This document shows, in pieces, positions 53,847 to 64,000 of a DNA stretch of 64,000 nucleotides. Position 1 is the first letter of the stretch; every line of letters begins with the position of its first letter. A program made the position numbers and the translations under genes. The notes under the pieces are model-generated. The model was not told the DNA's origin, made no database searches, and saw only the letters and a program-made list of their open reading frames with translations. Origin of the DNA: an uncultured Acidobacteriota bacterium (lineage in GTDB: Bacteria > Acidobacteriota > Vicinamibacteria > Vicinamibacterales > Fen-181); NCBI GenBank assembly GCA_963784455.1, contig CAWARN010000005.1:142005-206004 (forward strand), given 5' to 3'.

Positions 53847-55220
53847 ATGAAGAGACTACCCGGATCTCGAGTCGCAGCGTGCCTTGCGCTCGCCATGCTG
53901 TGCGCTGCGGGCGCGGCGGCCCAGGTGCCGACGATCATCGCCCCATCCAACATCATCCTGCCCAACTTCAACGGCCAGCAGCCCGGCGTGACGGGCAGCC
54001 TCGAGGCGGGCGCCATGGTGGCGCGCGGCGACGACGCGTCGGCCACGTGGTACAACCCGGCCGGGCTGTCGAGAATCGAGTCGTCCAGCATGACCGGCAG
54101 CGCCGGAGCAATCCAGTGGCTGTGGGTGTCGCCGAACGCGTTTCCGAACAACGCCTACTCGGCGACGCACCTGCCCGTCCAGCTCGGCCTCGCGTGGAAG
54201 GAGCCGTTCGACTACGTCGGGTGGACGATGGCGTTCAACTTCTCGTCGAGCAACAGCTGGCAGGACGATCTGAGCTCGGAGCTGCAGGTCGGCACGGCAC
54301 AGGCCCCTGAACGGTTCGCGTACACGGCGTCGTCGAAGTTCAGCCGCTATGTGGCCAGCGTGGGCGGCGGCTACACCCCCGACAAGAAGCTCCGGTTCGG
54401 CGGCAGCCTCGATGTCGAGTTGACGCGCATCAACCAGGCGCAGTCGGTCAACGACCGCATCCTCGGCACGCCGCGGCTCACGTCGCTGCTCGTCGCCTGG
54501 TACTCGAACGCGGCGTTCACCCACCTGCGCGCGACGCTCGGCATGCAGTACCAATTCAACGAGAAGCTCACGGTCGGCGGCACGGTCAAGACGCCCGGCA
54601 TCGCGATGTCGAACGGCGGCTCGGCTGGCATGGACGCGACGCTCTACAAGAACGGCACCACCACCAACCTCTCCTACTACGACGGCAGCCCGACGATGAA
54701 GTACAAGGTGCCGTTCGAGTTTGCGGGCGGCGTGGCCTACAACGTCGGGAAGATGACGGCCGAGGGCGACGTCCGGATCACCCAGGGCGGCGGCGTCTAC
54801 GACTTCTTCGCCCCGAACCGGACGGTCACCGGCATCGTCGACACCGGGACCAGCCCGGCGCAGGCCGTCGAGACGAAGTTCCGCACCTACAAGGTGGACC
54901 AGCGGTCGGTGGTGGACGTCCGCGTCGGCGGGCGCATCCTCCTCTCCGAGTCAGGCAAACTGACGCTGCACGGCGGCGTGGCGACGAACAACTCACCGGT
55001 CGGCGAGTCCGACGAGGTGTTCCAGAAGGCGAACCTGCTGCGCTTCACCGTGGGAATGAGCGGCGAAAAGGGGCGGTTCTTCTTCGCGGGCGGCCTCGAC
55101 TACCAGGCCGGTACGACGCCGCTGTACGCCGTCTACACGGCGCAGAACGGCCAGGTCATCAACACCACGGTCAAGGCCGAAGGGCTCTCGCTGGTGTACT
55201 CGTTCGGGCTCCGGTTCTAG
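53847..55220 (+). CDS. Putative outer-membrane beta-barrel protein (FadL/TodX-like)
   Basis: ATG 53847 inside ORF 52911..55220, preceded by GGGAG. Signal peptide MKRLPGSRVAACLALAMLCAAGAAAQ, alternating beta-strand pattern, C-terminal SLVYSFGLRF ending in Phe. Confidence 0.6.
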   Translation: MKRLPGSRVAACLALAMLCAAGAAAQVPTIIAPSNIILPNFNGQQPGVTGSLEAGAMVARGDDASATWYNPAGLSRIESSSMTGSAGAIQWLWVSPNAFPNNAYSATHLPVQLGLAWKEPFDYVGWTMAFNFSSSNSWQDDLSSELQVGTAQAPERFAYTASSKFSRYVASVGGGYTPDKKLRFGGSLDVELTRINQAQSVNDRILGTPRLTSLLVAWYSNAAFTHLRATLGMQYQFNEKLTVGGTVKTPGIAMSNGGSAGMDATLYKNGTTTNLSYYDGSPTMKYKVPFEFAGGVAYNVGKMTAEGDVRITQGGGVYDFFAPNRTVTGIVDTGTSPAQAVETKFRTYKVDQRSVVDVRVGGRILLSESGKLTLHGGVATNNSPVGESDEVFQKANLLRFTVGMSGEKGRFFFAGGLDYQAGTTPLYAVYTAQNGQVINTTVKAEGLSLVYSFGLRF

Positions 55221-55250
55221 CGAACGCGTCTCGACGATTGGGGCGCTGTC

Positions 55251-56882
<1,632 letters not shown>

Positions 56883-57045
56883 AACTGGCGGGTGTCTCCC
56901 CGGCAAGACAGCTGTCGTTCGGTGGGGACAGCGGACGGTCGGCCTGATGAACGATCTTGTCTGAAACCGGACGTTTTCGGGTGAACACAGGCTGACGTTC
57001 ACTGGCCCGGAGATTGCTGGTCTCCTCAATCGGAGGGTTTTCGCC

Positions 57046-58021
57046 ATGCGACGGAAACTTCAACTGATGATGCTGATCGCCGTGATTCCCATGGCGCTCG
57101 CGCTGATTCCTGCGGCCGCCGAAGCTCAGCGGGGCGGGCGTCCCGCGGGAGGGGCGCCGCCGCCGGCTGCCAGCCGGCCGCCGGCAGGGCACCCGCAGGG
57201 AGGGGCGCCGCCGCCGGCCGCCAGCCGGCCGCCGGCAGGGCACCCGGGCGGTGGATACCCGGGCGGAGGGACGGTCGTCGTTCGGGGCGGCTACGGTGGC
57301 TACTACGGCTACCCGTACATGGGACTCGGCTGGGGCTGGGGACCGTATTGGGGCTCCTACTGGGGTGGTCCGTATTGGGGCTATCCGTATCCGGTACTGG
57401 GGTGGCGGCTCGTACGACATCGGCGCCGAGCTGCGGCTGGAGGTGAAGCCGAAGCAGGCCCAGGTCTACGTCGACGGCTACTACGTCGGCATCGTGGACG
57501 ACTTCGACGGCACCTTCGAACGCCTGCATTTCAAGGCGGGCGACCACGAACTCGTTCTCTACCTCGAGGGCTACCAGACGGTGAAACAGAACGTCAGGCT
57601 GGGGCAGCGGCAAGAGGGGAAGATCAAGTTCCAGATGACGCCACTGGCCGCCGGTCAGACGGCGGAACCGCCCCCGCAGCCGAGACCCGAGCCGCCCCAG
57701 GACGCGTATGTGAACGACCAGGCGCCACCGCCGCCGCGCCCCGCGCCTCAGCGGGCGCCGGCTGGAGGGGCCGTGAGCATGGAGGCCCAGGGCTTCGGGT
57801 CGCTCGTGATCCGCGTCCAGCCCTCCGGGTCGGAGGTCTTCATCGACGGCGATCGCTGGCAAGGGCCCGAGGGTTCGGAGCGGCTGGTCATTCAGGTGCC
57901 GGCCGGGTCACACAAGATCGAGGTGCGCAAGGAGGGATCCGTTCCGTTCTCCACCACGATCCAGGTGCGGTCGGGCGAGACGCTGCCCCTCAACGTGAGT
58001 CTGCCCATCAAGGGCAACTAG
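57046..58021 (+). pseudogene. Secreted PEGA domain protein with Pro-rich repeat and Gly/Tyr/Trp-rich segment, one frame break as sequenced
   Basis: ORF 57046..58038 up to ...GGPYWGYPYP, then ORF 57251..58021 (YWGGGSYDIGAELRLEVKPKQAQVYVDGYYVG..., second PEGA-like domain LVIRVQPSGSEVFIDGD). One extra G at 57393..57397 (ccgGGTACtgg). 976 nt minus 1 = 325 codons. Confidence 0.75.
57148..57249 (+). repeat. 51-nt tandem duplication (2 copies, 1 mismatch) inside the PEGA gene
   Basis: Encodes GGAPPPAASRPPAGHPQ twice; the copies start at about 57148 and 57199. Confidence 0.8.
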
Positions 58022-58034
58022 CCGGAGGCGTTCC

Positions 58035-58696
58035 GTGATGAACAGATTCGCCAGATCGATGACTGGCATAGTGGCCGCCTGCCTGGTGGCGCTGGCGGTG
58101 ACCGCGACGACGGCGCACGCGCAGGATGCGGCGGCTGGCGGGCAGCGGCCGCCCGCTCTCCAGCAGGGGCCGATGGTTGTCGAGCCGATTGGCAGCGGCT
58201 TCGTCCTGATGCCGGAGGTTCGGTGGACCGAGCTGAACCACGCGTGGGGCACGCAGTTCGGCGCATCGGGCGGCTGGGTGGTACGACGACAGGTTCTTCT
58301 TCGGCGGTGGCGTGGTACTGGCTGGTCGGCGGCGCCGGCGACCAGCAGTTGACCTACGGCGGCTTCATCACCGGTTGGAGCGCGCCTATCACCAGGTCGC
58401 TGCACGTGGGCGTGCGCGGACTCCTTGGCTGGGGGCATGCCGACACATTCGAGGAGTGGACTGACCCCGGCTACTGCCATCACGGGAGCTGCTATGGCCC
58501 GTCGACCCAGAAGGCGTGGGTGTACCGGGACTTCGTGGTGTTCGAGCCGTCGGTGAACGCGACGATCCGGCTTGCCAGGCAGCTGTCGCTCGACGTCTCC
58601 GGCGGCTACCGCCTGACGGGCAACAGTTACTACGGGTCGGACGACCACGTGAACGGGGCTTTCGGCAGCGTCGGGATCCGCGTGGGCGTGTTCTAG
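58035..58696 (+). pseudogene. Small outer-membrane beta-barrel-like protein, two frame breaks as sequenced
   Basis: ORF 58035..58352 (signal MMNRFARSMTGIVAACLVALAVTATTAHAQ ... GASGGWV), then YDDRFFFGGGV, then ORF 58223..58696 (YWLVGGAGDQQLTYGG...GSVGIRVGVF ending in Phe). Extra G at 58280..58284 and at 58314..58318, both gtgGGTAC. 662 nt minus 2 = 220 codons. Confidence 0.6.
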
Positions 58697-58699
58697 GGA

Positions 58700-60199
58700 A
58701 TGGGTTACAGCGACGCCTATCGGGCGTTCCTCGATGCGCATCCTTCCTACGCCGGCACGGCGCGCCTGGACGAACTGCGCGCCACCGACTACGAGCGCCT
58801 CGACCGCCTGGGCCACGTCTATCTCGACTACACAGGCGGCGGCCTCTATGCGATGTCGCAGATCCGCGCGCACGACGAGCAGTTGCGCGACGGCGTCTTC
58901 GGCAATCCGCACTCGAACAACCCGACGTCGCTCGCCGCGTCGGCGCTCGTGCAGGACGCCCGCTCCGCCGTGCTGGCGTTCCTCAACGCCGACCCCGGCG
59001 AGTACGGCGTCATCTTCACGCCGAACGCCAGCGGCGCCCTGAAGCTGGTCGGCGAGTCGTACCCGTTCGAGCCGGGCGACCGCTACCTCCTGACGTACGA
59101 CAACCACAACTCGGTGAACGGCCTCCGGGAATTCGCCCGCCACAACGGCGCGACGGTCACCTACCTCCCGGTGAACGCCCCGCACCTTCGGGTCGACGGC
59201 GAGGCCGTGGCCGCCGAACTGAAGCGGTGGTCGCCCGGACGCCACCGCCTGTTTGCCTTCCCGGCGCAATCGAACTTCAGCGGCGTGCAGCACCCGCTGG
59301 AGTGGGTGGAGTGGGCGCACGACCACGGGTGGCAGGTCGTCCTCGACTGCGCCGCCTTCGCACCGACCAATCGCCTCGACCTGTCCAGGGTCCGGCCGGA
59401 CTTCGTCCCGCTCTCGTTCTACAAGATCTTCGGGTACCCGACGGGAATCGGCGCGCTCGTCTTCCGGAACGACGCGTTGAAGGCGCTGCGGCGTCCCTGG
59501 TTCGCGGGCGGCACCATCACGATGGCGTCCGTCCAGGGCGAGGACTGGTACCGGCTGGCGCCGGGACACGCCGGATTCGAAGACGGCACGGTGGACTACC
59601 TCGGTCTGCCGGCGGTCGCCATCGGCCTCGACCACATCTCGCGCGCCGGCATCGACGTCATCCACGAGCGCGTCATGGCGCTGACATCCTGGCTCATCGC
59701 CCGGATGACATCGCTCGCCCACGCCAACGGCGCCCCCGTGGCGCGGATCTTCGGGCCGACCGACACCACGCGGCGGGGGGCCACCATCGCGTTCTACCTG
59801 CAGGGGCCCGACGGGATGCCGTACGACGTGAGGGGCATCGAGCAGTTGGCGATCCGCCGCCGCATTTCCATCCGCACCGGGTGTTTCTGCAATCCTGGGG
59901 ACGGCGAGGTGGCGCACGGGATCACGCGCGAGGACATGGCGCAGTGCTTCGTCGGCCGAACGGGGCCCGTGACGTTCGAGGAATGCTCCGAGACGCTCCG
60001 GGCCTCGACAGGAAAGCCCCCGAACACGATGCGCATCTCGCTGGGACTCGCCTCCAACTTCGCCGACGTCTTCGCCTTCCTGATGTTCGCGAGCCGGTTT
60101 GTCGACGTGCCCGGCAGATCGAGCTCCCGGCGGAGTGACCTCGTTCGAGTCGCGCCGCCACCGCGCGGGGGCGGCGCGTTACTCGCTCACACGCGCTGA
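58700..60199 (+). CDS. Class V aminotransferase-fold PLP-dependent enzyme (cysteine desulfurase / MoCo-sulfurase N-terminal-like)
   Basis: ORF 499 aa. YLDYTGGGLY, GNPHSNNPTS, IFTPNASGALKLVGE, PLSFYKIFGYPTGIGALV (PLP-Lys region), IRTGCFCNPG. Confidence 0.8.
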   Translation: MGYSDAYRAFLDAHPSYAGTARLDELRATDYERLDRLGHVYLDYTGGGLYAMSQIRAHDEQLRDGVFGNPHSNNPTSLAASALVQDARSAVLAFLNADPGEYGVIFTPNASGALKLVGESYPFEPGDRYLLTYDNHNSVNGLREFARHNGATVTYLPVNAPHLRVDGEAVAAELKRWSPGRHRLFAFPAQSNFSGVQHPLEWVEWAHDHGWQVVLDCAAFAPTNRLDLSRVRPDFVPLSFYKIFGYPTGIGALVFRNDALKALRRPWFAGGTITMASVQGEDWYRLAPGHAGFEDGTVDYLGLPAVAIGLDHISRAGIDVIHERVMALTSWLIARMTSLAHANGAPVARIFGPTDTTRRGATIAFYLQGPDGMPYDVRGIEQLAIRRRISIRTGCFCNPGDGEVAHGITREDMAQCFVGRTGPVTFEECSETLRASTGKPPNTMRISLGLASNFADVFAFLMFASRFVDVPGRSSSRRSDLVRVAPPPRGGGALLAHTR

Positions 60200-60382
60200 A
60201 CGCACTCCGAGAAGGGCGTACAGGGGGCAGAAACTCACCAGACCCGTGAGCAGCGGCACGGCTCCCACCAACCCCCACATCGACTTCGGTCCCACGAACG
60301 TCAGACTCAACACCACGAGCCCGGCAATCACCCGCACTGCTCGGTCCACACCACCAATGTTCGTCGGCAACATCATCGCCAT
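60179..60382 (-). CDS. DUF2892 (YgaP-like) small membrane protein
   Basis: ATG 60382 inside ORF 60179..60424, preceded by AAGGAG. NIGGVDRAVRVIAGLVVLSL...GLVGAVPLLTGLVSFCPLYALLG. Confidence 0.75.
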   Translation of the reverse strand: MAMMLPTNIGGVDRAVRVIAGLVVLSLTFVGPKSMWGLVGAVPLLTGLVSFCPLYALLGVRSARVSE

Positions 60383-60692
60383 CGGATTCTCCTTGAATGT
60401 GGGGGGCGACCCAGCGCCCTCCATTCAATAGATAGCGTTTGTCGGAAAAGGATTCACCCAAATCCCGACCGGTCTGTCGAATGGCCCGACCGACCCGTCA
60501 ATCGCCAACGAGCGTCTCCATCGCGCCGTCACCATCCGGTTCGGCCGCGAATCCCTGAACGAGGAGGGCGCGGTGCCCGAGGCAGCGTTGATGTCCGAGC
60601 TGTGGTCCGCACTCGGCGGCAGGAAATCCTGACGGAGCGATCCGGTGTCCGACACGAGTCCGCCGGCGCGAGCGGTGATATCCTCTGGGCCG

Positions 60693-62393
60693 ATGGCGTC
60701 ACCGCGTCGTACCCCCCGCATCCTGCTCGCCAGCACCCTGGCGGCCATCGGGCTGCTCGTCGTCGGCTGGTTCGACTACACCGCCACCCGCCGCGACCTG
60801 CTGCAGTTGCTCCGCGAGCAGGCGGTGACACTTCGCCACACGATTGCCGCCGCGGCCCGGGCAAACCAGGCGGCGGGTGCGCAGGCCGAAGCGCAGATTC
60901 AGGAGCGCCTGCTCGACAACGCGCGACTCCTCGCGGAACTCGATCGCCAGCGCCGCCTCGACCCGGTCTTCCTCGACAGCATCGCCGCCCGGAACCGGCT
61001 GTTTCGCGTCGCGGTGTTCGGCAGGGCCGGCGCACGCGAGTACTCGAGCGGCGGAGAGGGCGCGGGATTCGGCGCCGGTGGACGCGGCTTCCCGGCCGCA
61101 GGCCTGCTGCAACGGCTGATGACCGGCAGCGAGACGGAGGCCGTGGGCGAGTTGCACAGCCCGAGATGGGGAGGGCGCGCACGCATCGCCGCGGGGATTC
61201 GCCGTTCGAACGGTGGCGCGATCCTGCTCAATGCGGACGCGGGCGAGATCGAGGCGCTCCAGCGCCAGATGTCCCTCGACAGCCTGGTGAAGGACATGGT
61301 CGCGTCGACCGGGCAGTTGGCGTACGTGACGCTCGACCGGGGCGACCTCCACATCGCCGCAGGCGAGCTCCCGGTGGCGGCGCCTGCGGCGCCGACCGTC
61401 GCCGCCGAGGAGGGTGCCGGCGGGCCGCTGCTCGAGCGGGAGCTGTCCGCCCAGGCCGCCCGGTGTTGGAGTTCGCGGGGCCCGTGACGCTCGGACAGGG
61501 CGAGGCCGCCAGCCTCCGGGTCGGGCTTCGGCTCGACGATCTCAGGCGCTCGGAGCGGCGGATGATGATTCGGCTGGCCGTCTCGCTCGGCGCCGCGCTG
61601 ATTCTGTCCCTGCTCGCGCTCGGCACGGTGTGGCTGCGCCAGGCCTACAGCGCCCTGAGCGAGAAGCACGCGCTGGCCGAGGCGGCGCTGCGCCGGCGCG
61701 ACCGACTGAGCGCGATGGGTGAACTGGCCTCCACGGTCGCGCACGAGGTGCGCAACCCGCTGAACGCCATCGCGATGAGCGCGCAGAGGCTGCGTCGCGA
61801 GTTCCCGGCCGTCGCCTCGGCCGACACCGACGAGGATCGCGCCGAGCTCGAGCAGCTGCTCGGCGTCGTCGAAAGCGAGACGCGCCGCATCAACGACGTG
61901 GTGGAGCAGTTCCTCGACTACGCCCGCCCGCCGAAGCTCGCGCCGCGCGTCACCGACCTCGCCGCCGAGGTGGGGACGATCGTGGACTCGCTTCGGGCGC
62001 TGTCCGAGTCGCGCGGGGTGAAGCTGGAGATCGAAGCCGGCACGGCCGGCGCCGCCGTCTGTGACCCGGGGCAGCTGCGCCAGGCCGTGGACAACCTGGT
62101 CCGGAACGCCATCGAGGCGACGCCGGCGGGCGGCCAGGTGACGGTCATTGCGCAGAGCGACAGCGAAGGGCACACGATTGAGGTTCGCGACACCGGCGCA
62201 GGAATCGCGGCCGAGGACCTCCCGAAGGTGTTCGACCTGTACTTCACGACGAAGCCACACGGGACGGGGGTCGGCCTGGCGGTGACCCAGCAGATTGTCA
62301 GCGCTCACGGCGGGACCATCGAGGTGGACTCGGCGCCGGGGCGCGGGACGCGGATGACGATCCGGCTGCCGCTCAGTGTCGAAGGAGGCGCCG

Positions 62394-62401
<8 letters not shown>
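60693..62401 (+). pseudogene. Sensor histidine kinase (periplasmic sensor, TM, HisKA, HATPase_c), one frame break as sequenced
   Basis: Sensor part in ORF 60645..61487 (TM ILLASTLAAIGLLVVGW). Kinase part in ORF 60602..62401 (second TM, H-box STVAHEVRNPLNAI, N/G boxes NLVRNAIEAT, DTGAGI, GTGVGLAV). Apparent 1-nt deletion near 61450..61465. 1709 nt +1 = 570 codons. Confidence 0.85.
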
Positions 62402-63798
<1,397 letters not shown>

Positions 63799-64000
63799 TC
63801 TGGGCCACCTCGATCGGACGTTTCCCGTACTGCGTGGCCAGCTGTCTCATGTTGCTGTCGGCCGTTACATTGGTGAACCCCGCCTGGCGCAGCCGCCCAG
63901 GGCCGTGTCGACCGGGATGCTCGCTTCGTCGCAGAGCTGACCTACCGTCTTCCGTCCGAACCCGCCGCCCTGAGCGACCGGAACCGATGCGGCCCTGACC

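Noticed and set aside
60432-60632. A 66-codon open frame ending ...ERLHRAVTIRFGRESLNEEGAVPEAALMSELWSALGGRKS that reads like a real protein C-terminus, upstream of the sensor kinase.
   Set aside because: It has no ATG/GTG/TTG start until 19 codons before the stop. An ATG at 60481 is in another frame, so it would need yet another frame correction. This is too speculative to call; it may be a remnant or a broken small gene.

Overview
GC-rich bacterial chromosomal segment; codon third positions are almost all G/C. The gene content (CarboxypepD_reg-type TonB receptor, PEGA protein, GT22 mannosyltransferase, many small membrane proteins) looks Acidobacteriota-like, which is inference only. I can support about 55 protein-coding genes. 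I found no rRNA, tRNA, CRISPR array, transposase or integrase. Content, left to right: the 5' 4 kb of a cyclic beta-1,2-glucan synthase-like gene, Crp/Fnr regulator, CAP-domain protein, PBP1A, FtsH, MsrB, MATE exporter, MeaB, AmpG and vapBC. Next comes a complete methylmalonyl-CoA module (mutA/mutB, epimerase, 1.3S/12S/5S transcarboxylase-type subunits). It is followed by a secreted GH2 beta-galactosidase, RecQ, pirin, an SDR/DUF2867 protein and a GT22 / thioredoxin-fold / ICMT operon. The window ends with Prs, M14 peptidase, APC permease, HtpG, TonB-dependent receptor, Pgi, PEGA protein and a sensor kinase plus NtrC-type regulator. Observations worth a second look: (1) A thioredoxin-fold gene has an in-frame TGA exactly at the first Cys of its CxxC motif, with a SECIS-like hairpin 17 nt downstream, so it is a candidate UxxC selenoprotein. 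(2) About 30 single-nucleotide frame breaks hit 17 complete genes, with a possible further one in the partial terminal ORF. They are mostly apparent 1-nt insertions and are strongly enriched at GGTAC/GTACC, and to a lesser degree at GATTC. This looks more like a motif-linked consensus error (possibly a methylated GTAC/GATC site) than decay, but that needs read-level data. (3) Two families of heptanucleotide tandem arrays: GGCTCAR in three spacers of the methylmalonyl operon, and CAGAAKN as an inverted pair 5 kb apart. (4) REP-like GTAGCGCGGG palindromes flank recQ. (5) Several tightly coupled small-protein operons. Frame-broken genes are listed as merged loci typed pseudogene, meaning not translatable as sequenced; many may be intact in the real genome.
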